In this document: positions 28,335 through 39,180 of the stretch, piece after piece
Layout: the number at the start of each line of letters is the position of its first letter
Position numbering within the stretch: the stretch's first letter is position 1
Assembly: GCA_963763775.1 (NCBI GenBank)
Contig: CAVXPZ010000004.1
Span: forward strand, 320,001-384,000
DNA: 64,000 nucleotides
DNA from: an uncultured Chloroflexia bacterium
GTDB lineage: Bacteria; Chloroflexota; Limnocylindria; Limnocylindrales; CSP1-4
Direction of reading: 5' to 3'
Notes under the pieces: model-generated
Seen by the model: the letters and a program-made list of their open reading frames with translations, nothing else
The model's database searches: none
What the model was told of the DNA's origin: nothing
Made by a program: the position numbers and the translations under genes

Positions 28335-29721
28335 GTGTCCACTCGAGGAAGCCCATTGCCCGTCGCCGCACCGCATCGGTCGCGTCCGCCGCTCGCTCAC
28401 CGCTCGGCCGTCCTGGCCGCGATGGCGTCGGTCCTGCTGGTCGTCGTCGGCGCGCTCGCCGCGACCCCCGTGGTCCGGGCCGCGGATCCGGCGCCGTCCG
28501 GTCCGACCGTCCTCGGCGCGAAGGTGACGTTCTCCGGTCGCGGCTACGGCCACGGGGTCGGGATGTCGCAATACGGCGCGCGCGGCCGGGCGATCGACGG
28601 CCAGGACGCCGCCACGATCCTCGCGCACTACTACCAGGGCACGACGCTCGGCGAGCTCACGCCGGCGCCCGACATCCGGGTGATGGTCCTGTATCAGTGG
28701 AAGGCGACGGCCTCGAAGCCGTTCACGCTCTTCGGCCGGGCCACGGACTGGAGCATCGTCGGGATCGCGGGCGATCTTCCCGGCCGATGCCCGATTGACC
28801 ATGACCCCGACCACGACGACCGCCGGCGGCACGACGGCGACCACCTGGCGCCTGCGGATCGTGGCCCCGACCGGCGAGGTGCTCCTGGACCGGGCGTCCG
28901 CGGGCAAGATGACGCTGCGCGGCGTGGACGAGACATCGCGGTTCCAGGTGACGTCGAGACCGGGCACGAACGACCTGTACCGCGGGTCGCTGCGCGTGCT
29001 CGGGTCGGCGGTCTCGCCGACCGTGTCGGTCGTCGACCGGCTGCCGCTCGAGCAGTACCTGCGCGGCGTCGTGCCGGCCGAGATGCCGACGAGCTGGCCG
29101 ATCGAGGCGCTGCGCGCACAGGCGATCGCCGCGCGGTCGTACGCGGCGCACAAGCTGCGGCCGGGCGTCTCCTATTTCGACACGTGGGACGACAGTCGCT
29201 CGCAGGTGTACCGCGGCGTCCTGGCGGAACGTCCGGCCACCGACGCGGCCATCGCCGACACGGCGGGGATCGTCCTGTGGAGCGGCAAGAAGGTCGCCAA
29301 TGCGATGTTCCACTCCACGGGCGGCGGCGCGACCGAGAACAACGAGAACGTCTACGTCTCCGCCACCGGCAAGAAGGTCGCCGGCGCGGTGAGCTACCTG
29401 CGCGGGTCGCCCGACCGGCGCGAGGACGGCACGGCGTACGACGACGCGGCGCCGTACGCGACGTGGACGATGAAGGCGTACAAGCGCACGACGCTGTCGG
29501 GATGGTTCGCGGCGGATCCACGGACGAACGTCGGCACGTTGACGGCGCTCGACCTTCGGCACCGCGGCGTCTCGGGGCGGCTCATCAGCGTGACGCTCAT
29601 CGGATCGAAGGGGAAGAAGACCGTCTCGGGTGACGTGTTCCGGTCGATCCTCGACCGCGCCCGGCCGACGGGCGACCCGATGCTCCGCAGCACGCTCTTC
29701 GACACGTCTCCGATCCCCTGA
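28335..29721 (+). CDS. SpoIID/LytB-domain protein, secreted (apparent +1 insertion near 28770)
   Basis: GRGYGHGVGMSQYGA...ILAHYY in the first frame; YLRGVVPAEMP...ALRAQAIAARSY, SQVYRG, FHSTGGG in the second frame. Confidence 0.88.
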
Positions 29722-29762
29722 CCAGGACGCGAGCCTGACCGGCGACGGTATGCTCGACGGCG

Positions 29763-30353
29763 ATGGCCGACATCGACCCCCGACCGCGATGCGCCTGGTC
29801 GAGCGCCTCGAGCCCGAACCCGGACCCCTTGATGGTCGCCTACCACGACGACGAATGGGGCACGCCCGTCACCGACGACCTCGAGCTCTTCGAGCGGCTG
29901 GCCCTCGAATCCTTCCAGGCCGGCCTGTCGTGGTCGACGATCCTTCGCAAGCGCGCGACCTTCCGCGCCGCGTTCCGAGGATTCGAACCGGGCACTGTCG
30001 CCCGGTTCGATGACGCCGATCGGGACCGGCTGATGGCCGATGCGGGGATCGTCCGCAATCGCGCCAAGATCGATGCCACCATCTCGAACGCCGGCTTGTT
30101 CCTCGAGACGTCGGCGGCGTTCGGGTCCTTCGATGCCTACCTGCGCTCGGTGGTGCCGGGGCCGCCGGCGCGACTGCCGCGCAGCGCGGGCTTCGGCGAC
30201 ATCCCGGCGACGACGACGGCCTCGGACGCGCTGTCGGCTGACCTGCGCCGGCGCGGCTTCCGGTTCGTCGGCTCGACGATCGTGTACGCGTTCATGCAGA
30301 GCGTGGGCCTCGTCGACGACCACGTGTCGACCTGCTTCCGGTACCGCGGCTGA
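29763..30353 (+). CDS. tag: DNA-3-methyladenine glycosylase I
   Basis: RCAW, YHDDEWG, LESFQAGLSW, IVRNRAKI, GFRFVG, DHVSTCF. Confidence 0.95.
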   Translation: MADIDPRPRCAWSSASSPNPDPLMVAYHDDEWGTPVTDDLELFERLALESFQAGLSWSTILRKRATFRAAFRGFEPGTVARFDDADRDRLMADAGIVRNRAKIDATISNAGLFLETSAAFGSFDAYLRSVVPGPPARLPRSAGFGDIPATTTASDALSADLRRRGFRFVGSTIVYAFMQSVGLVDDHVSTCFRYRG

Positions 30354-30361
30354 GCCATCGC

Positions 30362-31213
30362 TCACAGATCCCGGCGAGCCAGGCGCCAGCCGGCGAGCCC
30401 GAGCACGATCGCGACCCAGACGACCGACCAGAGGACGAATCCCAGCGGCGGCGACTGGAGGGCGAAGAACGGGTTGGCGGCCAGCCCCTCAGGGCTCCGG
30501 CCGGTGGCGAGCAGCGCGGCGGCGGGTGGCTCCAGGCCGTAGACGACCCCGCGCCAGAGGCCGTCGCTGGGAAAGAGCCACCGGCTCGCTTCCGCGGCGC
30601 CAGCGAGCGACTGGAGGTCGAAGGCCGACGCGACGGCGGCCATCACCCCCGCCATCCAGCCGACGCCGAACGCCACCACGGCCACCGCCCCGGCGCCGAT
30701 GGCCGGCAGGACCGATCCGAGGGCCAGCGTCAGCGACATGAGGAGCACGGCCTGCGCGGCGAGGAACGCCAGCGCCAGCACGGGCTGCGGTGGCCCGAAC
30801 CCGCTGATCGCGGTCACGACGAGGATGGCCAGCGCCCCGGATGCCGCGGTGTAGAGGACCACCACGAGGGCCAGGCCGAGCCATCGGCCCAGGAGGAAGT
30901 CCGCGCGGCGGATCGGACGCGCGAGCAAGGCCAGGGCCACGCCGGATTCGATGTCGCCGCCGATCGCCGGTGCTCCCAGGAAGGCCGCGGTCATCGCGAG
31001 GACGAAACTGAACATGAAGGCGATGAGGATCAGCACCTGCGAGACGCCGACCCGGATCTCGAGCTCAGGGACTCCCTCCTCGCGCGCGAGCGTCACGAGG
31101 CGCTCGACCCCGAAGGCGACGAGCCCCACGGAGACGATCGTCAAGGCGGCGAGCAGCCAGACGATCCGTCGGCGGACGAGCTCGCGGATCGTCAGCCGGG
31201 CGATGACGATCAC
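30362..31213 (-). CDS. ABC-2 transporter permease
   Basis: IARLTIRELVRRR; DIESG...LLARPIRR; C-terminal RRDL; multiple TM segments. Confidence 0.88.
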   Translation of the reverse strand: MIVIARLTIRELVRRRIVWLLAALTIVSVGLVAFGVERLVTLAREEGVPELEIRVGVSQVLILIAFMFSFVLAMTAAFLGAPAIGGDIESGVALALLARPIRRADFLLGRWLGLALVVVLYTAASGALAILVVTAISGFGPPQPVLALAFLAAQAVLLMSLTLALGSVLPAIGAGAVAVVAFGVGWMAGVMAAVASAFDLQSLAGAAEASRWLFPSDGLWRGVVYGLEPPAAALLATGRSPEGLAANPFFALQSPPLGFVLWSVVWVAIVLGLAGWRLARRDL

Positions 31214-32142
31214 GGGACCGGCGCCCCGCGGTCGTGGCCGACGAGTTCGAGGAACCGCGCTTCCAGCGAGCCGCGGCCGGGCTCGACGGCATGGACCCGG
31301 CCACCGGCCGCGACGATGGCCGCCACGAGGTCAGGGACCCGGTCGGCCGCCAGGGGATGGAAGGTCAGCCACTCGCCGTCGTCCTGGGGCGAGCCGAACG
31401 ACCCCAGCGTCGAACGCGCGTCGCCAGCCAGACCGGTGACGCGGATCCGCACGCCGTCGCCGGCGACGATGTCGTCGAGGCTGCCGGAGGCGACGACCCG
31501 GCCGTGGTTGACGATGACGACACGGTCGCAGACGCGCTCGACCTCGGTGAGCAGGTGCGAGTTCAGGATGACCGTGGCGCCGCGGTCGCGCGCCGCGCGG
31601 ACGATCTCGCGGACATCGGTCCGACCGACCGGATCGAGGGCGGACGTGGGCTCGTCGAGCAGCACGAGGTCCGGGGATCCGAGGAGGGCGACGCCGAGGC
31701 CGAGTCGCTGCTGCATCCCCTTGGAGAACGCGCCGACGGCGTCATCGGCGCGGTCCGCGAGGTCGACCTGGGCGAGGGCCTCCACCGCCGCCGTGGCCCG
31801 GCCTGTGGCCGGGATCCCGGCGAGTTCCGCGTGGAGGAGCAGCACCTCCCTGGCCCGGAGCCACGGCTGGTACCGGAAGAGTTCGGGGAGGTAGCCGATC
31901 CGGCGTCGCGCGGCGCGGTCGCCGAGCGGCGCCCCGAGCACGCGACCGGACCCGCTGGACGGCCGCGACAGCCCGAGCAGGAGTTTCACGGCGGTGGTCT
32001 TGCCGGCGCCGTTGGGACCCAGCAACCCGACGAGTTCGCCGCGGCCGACATCGAGGTCGATGGCGTCGAGCGCGACCGTCGACCCGTACCGCTTCGTGAC
32101 CGCGCGAAGCTCGATCACCGGGTCTGACACGCTAGCTGTCAC
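31210..32142 (-). CDS. ABC transporter ATP-binding subunit
   Basis: GPNGAGKTT, FSKGMQQR, LDEPTSALDP, NSH. Confidence 0.92.
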   Translation of the reverse strand: MTASVSDPVIELRAVTKRYGSTVALDAIDLDVGRGELVGLLGPNGAGKTTAVKLLLGLSRPSSGSGRVLGAPLGDRAARRRIGYLPELFRYQPWLRAREVLLLHAELAGIPATGRATAAVEALAQVDLADRADDAVGAFSKGMQQRLGLGVALLGSPDLVLLDEPTSALDPVGRTDVREIVRAARDRGATVILNSHLLTEVERVCDRVVIVNHGRVVASGSLDDIVAGDGVRIRVTGLAGDARSTLGSFGSPQDDGEWLTFHPLAADRVPDLVAAIVAAGGRVHAVEPGRGSLEARFLELVGHDRGAPVP

Positions 32143-32201
32143 ACGACCCCTCGAAGCTTCGGTCCGATGGCGGATGCCCCGCCGGGACGGGAGACCGAGC
32201 G

Positions 32202-32345
32202 ATGCTCATCGTGGATTGCCCCTGGTGCGAGGACCGGATGGTCCTCGATGATGCGCCGACGGCGGTCGGCACGTGCGAGACCTGCGGGATCAGCGCGGAC
32301 GTCTCGTTCGAGGCGGCGGCCGACGCGATGCCCCTGGCCGCCTGA
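32202..32345 (+). CDS. 47-aa zinc-ribbon microprotein (not in ORF track)
   Basis: GGGAG RBS, ATG at 32202; MLIVDCPWCEDRMVLDDAPTAVGTCETCGISADVSFEAAADAMPLAA*; two CxxC pairs. Confidence 0.65.
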   Translation: MLIVDCPWCEDRMVLDDAPTAVGTCETCGISADVSFEAAADAMPLAA

Positions 32346-32354
32346 GGGACGCCC

Positions 32355-33620
32355 TCAGCGCGGTTGGAGTGACGTCATCCGGAGGACGCGCACCGGTGCG
32401 CACGCGAGGCTGACGAGGCAGATCGCCACGCCCATCGCGCCGATCACGGCGGACCCGGACGTGAGGTCGATGACGGCGCCGCCCACGATCAAGCCGATCG
32501 GCTGCAGGCCGAGCGACACCGTCCGGGCCGTGCTGGCGATCCGGCCAAGCAGCTCGTCGGGCGAGTACGAGGCGCGGACCGTGATGTAGGTCAGGAGCAC
32601 CATCATCTGGGCGATCCCGGCGACGAACGCGGCCCCGACAAGGGCCGGCACGCTCGTCACGGTGGCCACGATCACCAGGCTTGCGCCCATCAGCACGTTG
32701 CCCCCGAGCAGCATCGGCCCGATGCGCCGGCGGTTCGAGGTACGTGCCGTGATGAGTGACCCGATGACCGTGCCTGCCCCGTAGCCGGTGAGGATCACGC
32801 CCAGGACCGCCGGCGGATCGCCGAGGTCGCGGGTCACCATGACCGCGAGCGCCGTGACGAGCGGTGCGGTCAATGTGGAGATCGCGCCCCAGAACAGGAT
32901 CACGGCGCGCAGGACCGGGTTCTTGGCGATGTAGTCGATGCCCTCGCGGATCTCCGCGAGGAAGCGCCCGTGCACGCGGTCGATCGGGGCCCGCAGGTCA
33001 CGCCGAACGAGGAGCAGGCCGGCGGCGGAGATCGCGAAGGACACGGCGTCGATCGCGAGCGTCGGGCCAGGGCCGATCGAGGTCGCAAGGAGGCCGGCGA
33101 TCGCGGGGCCGATGATGAAGCTGACCGAGTAGACCGCCTCGAAATAGCCATTGGCGCGGCCGATCTGGGGGCGGCCGACCAGCGCGGGCACTGACGCGAT
33201 GTACCCGGCCATGAAGAACGAGCGGAGGACGCTCATCGGTCCCGCGACCAGGAGGATGACGGCCATCGTCGGACCGCCGACGTGGATCGAGATCGGGATC
33301 AAGGCGGTCAGGACCGCCCGGCCGAAGTCGGCGAGCAGCATCATCCGCTTGCGGTCGCTCCGGTCGGCGATGACGCCAGCCACCATCGCGAACGCGAGGT
33401 CCGCGAGCGCCTGGATCGCGCTCACGACACCCATGGCCAAACCGGACCCGGTCAGGGCCAGGACGAGCAGCGGCAGGGCCGTGAACGTGACGGCGTCCCC
33501 GAGCGACGAGATGCTCTGCGTCGCGAGGACGACGATGAAGTCGTGGTTCCGCGAGAGCGGCTCCGGGCGCGGCTCGGCGCGGGCCACGGGCGTGGGCGAT
33601 GCGTCGATGGCCTCGGACAT
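32355..33620 (-). CDS. MFS transporter (DHA3/MFS_3-like)
   Basis: QSISSLGD, GVIADRSDRKRMM, EIREGIDY, PDELLGR; about 12 TM. Confidence 0.9.
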   Translation of the reverse strand: MSEAIDASPTPVARAEPRPEPLSRNHDFIVVLATQSISSLGDAVTFTALPLLVLALTGSGLAMGVVSAIQALADLAFAMVAGVIADRSDRKRMMLLADFGRAVLTALIPISIHVGGPTMAVILLVAGPMSVLRSFFMAGYIASVPALVGRPQIGRANGYFEAVYSVSFIIGPAIAGLLATSIGPGPTLAIDAVSFAISAAGLLLVRRDLRAPIDRVHGRFLAEIREGIDYIAKNPVLRAVILFWGAISTLTAPLVTALAVMVTRDLGDPPAVLGVILTGYGAGTVIGSLITARTSNRRRIGPMLLGGNVLMGASLVIVATVTSVPALVGAAFVAGIAQMMVLLTYITVRASYSPDELLGRIASTARTVSLGLQPIGLIVGGAVIDLTSGSAVIGAMGVAICLVSLACAPVRVLRMTSLQPR

Positions 33621-33694
33621 CCCGCGATGGTAGCGGCGGGTCGCGGCCTGTCGGCGATCGCATCGGCGTCGTGCACGGCGGCTAGGATGCGCGA

Positions 33695-34330
33695 ATGGAA
33701 CTCGCGCACGCGGCCGAGTCGATGATCGCGTCGGGTCGACGCCTCGGTCAGCGTGGGCTGATCTCGGGCGCCGAGGGCAACCTGTCGATCCGCCTCGACG
33801 CGGACCGGCTGCTGACGTCCCCGACCGGCCGTCGCAAGGACGAGCTCGACGCCGACGACCTCGTCATCGTGTGGCTCGGTCATCCGGATCGCGACGCGCG
33901 GTCGGTCTCGGGCCTGCCGCCGTCGTCGGATCTCGCGATCCACCTCGCGCTGTATCGGGCCCGTCCCGACATCGGGGCCGTGGTCCACGCCCATCTGCCG
34001 GCCGCGATGGCGCTCACGGTGGCCGGCGAACGGCCCGATCCAGCGATGCTGCCCGAGACCGCCTTCCACCTGCCCCGACTCCCGGTGGTCGCCGGCGGGG
34101 AGATGGGCAGCGTCGATGTCGCCGACCGCGTGGCCGCGGCGCTCTCGGAGCCGCCGGCGCCCCTGCCGAACGCGGCGATCCTCGAGCGGCACGGGGCCTA
34201 CTCGGTGGGCGAGGACCTCGTGGTCGCCGTCGACCGACTGGAGCTCGTCGAGGTCCTCTGCCGGACGTGCCGCGATGCGCTCCTGATTCGCGCGGCACGC
34301 GCCGCGGTGGGTATGGTGTCCCCGGACTGA
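33695..34330 (+). CDS. Class II aldolase/adducin family protein
   Basis: EGNLS, PSSD..IH, AVVHAH, ILERHG metal-binding motifs. Confidence 0.9.
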   Translation: MELAHAAESMIASGRRLGQRGLISGAEGNLSIRLDADRLLTSPTGRRKDELDADDLVIVWLGHPDRDARSVSGLPPSSDLAIHLALYRARPDIGAVVHAHLPAAMALTVAGERPDPAMLPETAFHLPRLPVVAGGEMGSVDVADRVAAALSEPPAPLPNAAILERHGAYSVGEDLVVAVDRLELVEVLCRTCRDALLIRAARAAVGMVSPD

Positions 34331-34366
34331 CGCCTTCGGCGTCGGAGGGAATCCACGGGAGGGCAC

Positions 34367-35080
34367 ATGAATACGCGCGCCTATCTGGCGGAGTTGGTCG
34401 GTACGACCCTGTTCCTGACGCTGGGCTATGCCTCGGTCGGCGCGATCACCGCCGCCTCGGTCCCGACGAGCAATCTGCTCGTCGTCCCCTTCGCGTTCGG
34501 CCTGGGGCTGCTCGCGGCGGTCTTCATGTTCGGGCACGTGTCGGGTGGGCACTTCAATCCGGCGGTCACCATCGCCATGGTCCTCGACAAGCGGACCACC
34601 CCGATCGATGCCATCGGATACATCTCGGCGCAGATCATCGGCTCGCTGATCGCCGCGGTCATCGTGATGGTCGCGGTGAGCCAGAAGACCGTCGCCGACG
34701 GGATCACCAAGCCGGGCACGGGCATGACGGACGCCGGCGCGTTGATCCTCGAGACCGTCTTCACGGCGACGTTCCTGCTGGTCATCCTGACGGCCACGAA
34801 GCGGGCTCCGGCCCTCGCCGCGCTCGCCATCCCCCTGACGCTGGTCGCGATCCACTTCGCGGACGCCACGCTGAGCGGCGCCTCGGTGAACCCGGCCCGC
34901 TCGATCGGCTCGGCCGTCGTCGGCGGCGATCTGACGGGGATCTGGATCTACATCGTCGGCCCGATCCTCGGCGGCATCATCGGCTGGGGCATCTGGCGCG
35001 GGATCGACGGCGGCAAGGAGACGTTCGAACCGGCGATCGTCGTCGGGGAACTGGAGCGGACAGAGATCGCCAAGGGGTAG
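34367..35080 (+). CDS. Aquaporin (MIP family)
   Basis: HVSGGHFNPAVT and SVNPARS NPA boxes; 6 TM. Confidence 0.95.
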   Translation: MNTRAYLAELVGTTLFLTLGYASVGAITAASVPTSNLLVVPFAFGLGLLAAVFMFGHVSGGHFNPAVTIAMVLDKRTTPIDAIGYISAQIIGSLIAAVIVMVAVSQKTVADGITKPGTGMTDAGALILETVFTATFLLVILTATKRAPALAALAIPLTLVAIHFADATLSGASVNPARSIGSAVVGGDLTGIWIYIVGPILGGIIGWGIWRGIDGGKETFEPAIVVGELERTEIAKG

Positions 35081-35106
35081 CTCGCCCATCGCGAACCGAA
35101 CGCCCG

Positions 35107-35664
35107 TCAGAGGTCCTCGAGGCTGAACCGACGGGCGTTCCCCATCTGTCCCCAGACGCGGGCCTGGGTCACCGCGAGCATCTGGCGGACGTGGTTGCGG
35201 TCGTGGTGGACCCACTCCCCGAGCAGCTCGTCGACGCGCAGCGGTCCCACGTCCGGGTGCAGGCCCACACGACCGAGGTCCGCGGCCGTCAATCCCCGGA
35301 CGAGCTCGACGCCGTCGCGACGCAGCCCGGCGAACTCGGCCGCCAGGTCGGCTCCCGGCCTCTCGTGGTCGCGCCGGGCCTCGGCGACCGCCGGCGGGTC
35401 CCACGCCTCGAGATCCGGCGGGATGTCGGGACGGTCGCCCGACAGGATCAAGCGGATCCGGCCGGCGAACCCGCGCCGTTCGGCTTCGATCAGGTGCCCG
35501 ACACACTCGTTGGCGCTCCACTCGCCCGGCTCGGGCCGCCAGCCGCCGTCCGGGCCGAGGGCGCCGAGCTCGGCGAGGATCGTGGCGCTCGAGGCGGCCA
35601 GAAGGTCGGCGACGACCGCCGGCGGCAGCGCCGCCATCGCGGGCGCGTCGGCGGCGTCGGTCAT
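35107..35664 (-). CDS. DinB/YfiT-family protein
   Basis: WSANECVGHLIEAE and HHDRNH His-triad pattern; start overlaps the oppF stop. Confidence 0.88.
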   Translation of the reverse strand: MTDAADAPAMAALPPAVVADLLAASSATILAELGALGPDGGWRPEPGEWSANECVGHLIEAERRGFAGRIRLILSGDRPDIPPDLEAWDPPAVAEARRDHERPGADLAAEFAGLRRDGVELVRGLTAADLGRVGLHPDVGPLRVDELLGEWVHHDRNHVRQMLAVTQARVWGQMGNARRFSLEDL

Positions 35665-36890
35665 CCGGCGGCGGCGCCGGGCGGCGGCGTGGCGGCGGGA
35701 GCCTCGGCGGCGGCAGTCGGCGCCGTAGGCGCGGCGGCGTCCGGTGCCGCACCGTCGGTCTGTGGCGCGCCGTCGGTCGGAGCGCCGTCGGGGGCCGCGT
35801 CCTCTGCGGCCGGGCCCGCGGCGCTGTGAGCGACCGCGACCGCGGACACGCCCACCGTCTCGGCCGGCGTCCGCGACGGCATGACCGGCAACGCCCGGCC
35901 GCCCTCGGCGAGCCAGCATGCCGCCGACTGCCCTGCCCCGACGTCGAAGAGCGGCGGCTCATCGGTCTTGCAGCGGTCGAACGCCAGCGGACAGCGCGGG
36001 TGGAACCGGCATCCCGACGGGACCCGCGCGGCATCCGGCGTCTCGCCGACGAGGATCGTGCGACGCGGGCCGCCCTCGGAAGGCGGTTCGGGGGTCGGCG
36101 ACACCGAGACGAGGGCGGCCGTGTAGGGATGATGCGGGGAGCGGATGACCTGGTCCGCAGGGCCGATCTCCATGATCTTGCCGAGGTACATCACGGCGAT
36201 CCGGTCGGCGATCACCCACGCGAGTGACAGGTCGTGGGTGATGAACAGATACGTCAGGCCGCGCTCCTGACGCAGGTCCAGCATCAGGCGAAGGAGCTCG
36301 GTCCGGATGGAGACGTCGAGCATCGAGACCGGCTCGTCGGCCACCACGAGCTGTGGCCCCATCGCCAGGGCCCCGGCGATGACCACGCGCTGACGCTGGC
36401 CGCCCGAAAGCTCATGCGGATATCGGAACGCGAAGTCCGCCGGCAGCCCGGCGGATTCCAGCGCCGACCGCACGCGGGCCTCGCGGTCCGCGAGCTGTGG
36501 GGCGATGCCGTTGACCTCGAGCGGTTCGGCGACGAAGTCGTGGATCGTCTGCTTGGGGTTGAGTGTCTCGTACGGGTCCTGGAAGATCAGCTGGACCCGC
36601 TTGCGATACGCCCGCAGCGCCTTGGTCCCCCACAGGGTCGAGACGTCCTCACCGTCGAACGTGATCGTCCCGGCCGTCTGCTTCGTCAGCTTCACGATCA
36701 CCCGCCCGACCGTGGTCTTGCCCGACCCGGACTCGCCGACCAGGCCAAGGACTTCGCCTTCCTCGATCGCGAGTTCGATGCCGTCCACGGCGCGGACGGC
36801 GCCGCGCGGACGTCGCTGGATCGAATCCATGATGCCGGCCCGGATCGGGAAGTGGACCTCGAGACCGGCGACGCGGATGAGCTCCTTCAC
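35661..36890 (-). CDS. oppF: Oligopeptide ABC transporter ATP-binding subunit
   Basis: GESGSGKT, LIFQDPY, LSGGQRQR, HPYT, CRFHPRC; GTG at 36890. Confidence 0.9.
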   Translation of the reverse strand: MKELIRVAGLEVHFPIRAGIMDSIQRRPRGAVRAVDGIELAIEEGEVLGLVGESGSGKTTVGRVIVKLTKQTAGTITFDGEDVSTLWGTKALRAYRKRVQLIFQDPYETLNPKQTIHDFVAEPLEVNGIAPQLADREARVRSALESAGLPADFAFRYPHELSGGQRQRVVIAGALAMGPQLVVADEPVSMLDVSIRTELLRLMLDLRQERGLTYLFITHDLSLAWVIADRIAVMYLGKIMEIGPADQVIRSPHHPYTAALVSVSPTPEPPSEGGPRRTILVGETPDAARVPSGCRFHPRCPLAFDRCKTDEPPLFDVGAGQSAACWLAEGGRALPVMPSRTPAETVGVSAVAVAHSAAGPAAEDAAPDGAPTDGAPQTDGAAPDAAAPTAPTAAAEAPAATPPPGAAAG

Positions 36891-38224
36891 GCCGGCGCCT
36901 CGGCCGTGGCGACGGCCGCCGCCGAGGTGGCCGCCGGCGCGCTCGCGCCGCTCGTCGGCCCGGACGTGCCGTTCCCGGACCCGACCCCTGCGGGGTAGCC
37001 GCTGCTTCGGCGTGACGCGACGTCCTCGGCGCTGATCAGGACCCCGCCGGACTGGCCGGCGGGATGCAGGTGGCAGGCGACGCGCACGCCGTCCGGGAAG
37101 AGCACCTCGGGCGGCACGACCTCTCGGCAGATGTCCATCGCGGCCGGACACCGCGGATGGAACCGGCAGCCGGGCGGCGGCTCGCGCAGGTCGGGCGGCG
37201 TCCCGGGGATCGTCTCGAGGTTGCGCCGGTCCGCGCTGATGTTCGGGAAGGCCCCGAGCAGTTTCTGCGTGTACGGATGCCGGGGCGCGGTGAAGATCCG
37301 CCGGACCGGCCCCTCCTCGGCCACCTTGCCCGCGTACATGATCAGCGTCCGGTCGCAGGTCTCCGCGATCACCGATAGGTCGTGGGTGATGAGCATCAGC
37401 GAGAGCCCGAGCTCGCGCCGCAGGCGCTCGAGCAGCTCGAGGATCTGCGCCTGGACCATGACGTCGAGCGCGGTCGTCGGCTCGTCGCCGATGACGATCG
37501 CCGGGTCGCAGGCCAGGGCCATGGCGATCATCGCGCGCTGGCGCATGCCGCCGGAGAGCTCGTGCGGATAGGCGTCGGAGCGCTTGCGCGGGATCCCGAC
37601 GAGCTCGAGCAACTCCCCGGCGCGCTTGCGCGACCGGTCGCGCGACTCGCCCAGCCGGATCTCGATCGGCTCCGCGATCTGCTCGCCGACCCGGCGGACC
37701 GGGTTCAGCGCGTTCATCGCCCCCTGGAAGACGATGCTGATCTCGCGCCATCGGTAGCGTCGGAGCTGCTCCTCGGTCTTCGGCACCAGGTCGATGCCGA
37801 ACAGCTCGATGCTGCTCCCCTTCCGGATGCGGGCGTTGGCCGGCAGGATGCGGACCATCGAGAGGGCGGTCGTCGTCTTGCCGCAGCCGGACTCGCCAGC
37901 GAGCCCGAGCGCCTCACCGTCGTTGAGCCGGAACGAGACGCCGTCGACCGCCTTCACCCAGCCGCTCTCGAGCTTGAAGTGCGTGCGCAGGTCCTTCACC
38001 ACGAGGAGCGGCGCCGTCGGGTCGGCGAGCTTCGGCAGCGGCCACTGGCGACGGCCGCGGATGGTCTCCATGTCCGCATGCAGCAGTCCCGGGTCCACGG
38101 GCGTGTCGCCGCCCGTCGCGGCGGCGATCCGGGCGGCCTCCAGCGCCTCGGCGTCCTCCTCGATCACGTGGTCGTGATCGCGCAGTTCGCGGGCGACGCG
38201 CAGTTCCTCGCGAGGGTCGGTCAC
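36887..38224 (-). CDS. oppD: Oligopeptide ABC transporter ATP-binding subunit (N-terminally extended)
   Basis: [33 protein letters not shown]; GTG 38224 overlaps the oppC stop. Confidence 0.9.
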   Translation of the reverse strand: MTDPREELRVARELRDHDHVIEEDAEALEAARIAAATGGDTPVDPGLLHADMETIRGRRQWPLPKLADPTAPLLVVKDLRTHFKLESGWVKAVDGVSFRLNDGEALGLAGESGCGKTTTALSMVRILPANARIRKGSSIELFGIDLVPKTEEQLRRYRWREISIVFQGAMNALNPVRRVGEQIAEPIEIRLGESRDRSRKRAGELLELVGIPRKRSDAYPHELSGGMRQRAMIAMALACDPAIVIGDEPTTALDVMVQAQILELLERLRRELGLSLMLITHDLSVIAETCDRTLIMYAGKVAEEGPVRRIFTAPRHPYTQKLLGAFPNISADRRNLETIPGTPPDLREPPPGCRFHPRCPAAMDICREVVPPEVLFPDGVRVACHLHPAGQSGGVLISAEDVASRRSSGYPAGVGSGNGTSGPTSGASAPAATSAAAVATAEAPA

Positions 38225-39180
38225 CGGCGCACCTGCGACTTCGGGTTGAGGATGTCGTCGAGCGCGTTGCCGACGAGGGTGAAGGACAGCACCACGAGCA
38301 CCACGCACACGGCGGGCGGCGCGATGTACCACCACGCGCCGAGGCCCGGCGCGCCGGCCTGCTGCGCCGCGTCGAGGATCTGGCCCCAGGACGGCGCGAA
38401 CGGGTCGCCGAGGCCGATGAAGGCCAGGCTGGTCTCGATGAAGACCGCCGCCGCGAAGGTGATGACCGCCTGGGCCACGATGAGATTCACGACGTTCGGG
38501 AAGATGTGCCGCCGCATGATGTGGCCGGGGCCGCTGCCGATGACCCGCGCACGGTCCACGAACATGCGCTCCCGGATCGAGAGCGTCTGCGAGCGGATGA
38601 TCCGGGCGGTCGTCGCCCACGAGGTGATGCCGATGACGATGACGATGACGAGCAGCGTCGCCCGGAGCCCCATGAACTCGGCCTCCGGCCCGATGATGTC
38701 GAGGATGACGGGCGCGAGGATGATCGCGAGGACGAACGTCGGCAGGACCAGGAAGAAGTCCGTGACCCGCATCAGGCCGCTGTCGGTCTTGCCGCCGACG
38801 TAGCCGGCGATGACGCCGATCAGGGCGCCGACGAAGACCGTGATCACCGTCGCGAGGAGCCCGATCGACATCGAGATCCGCGCCCCGTGGACCGTGAGGT
38901 TGAGGATGTCGCGACCGAGCTCGTCCGTCCCGAAGATGTGGGCGGCCGACGAGGGCTCGAGTGCCGTGCCCGTGGCGGTCGTCGCCGTCTCGAGCGGCCC
39001 GACGAACAGCTGCGGCGCGATCGCCATCACCGAGAAGAACAGCAGGATGATGAACCCGATCACGCCGTCGCGACGTTGCGAGAACCGGCGGATGAACGTC
39101 CGGGCACCCTTCGCCCGGAGACGCCAGCGCTCGGCCCGGAGCTCACGGGCGGTCGGGGCCGCCGGCGTCAGCGCGCTCAT
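38221..39180 (-). CDS. oppC: Oligopeptide ABC transporter permease
   Basis: FGTDELGRD, GARISM, RHIFPN, SWGQIL, GNALDD. Confidence 0.92.
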   Translation of the reverse strand: MSALTPAAPTARELRAERWRLRAKGARTFIRRFSQRRDGVIGFIILLFFSVMAIAPQLFVGPLETATTATGTALEPSSAAHIFGTDELGRDILNLTVHGARISMSIGLLATVITVFVGALIGVIAGYVGGKTDSGLMRVTDFFLVLPTFVLAIILAPVILDIIGPEAEFMGLRATLLVIVIVIGITSWATTARIIRSQTLSIRERMFVDRARVIGSGPGHIMRRHIFPNVVNLIVAQAVITFAAAVFIETSLAFIGLGDPFAPSWGQILDAAQQAGAPGLGAWWYIAPPAVCVVLVVLSFTLVGNALDDILNPKSQVRR

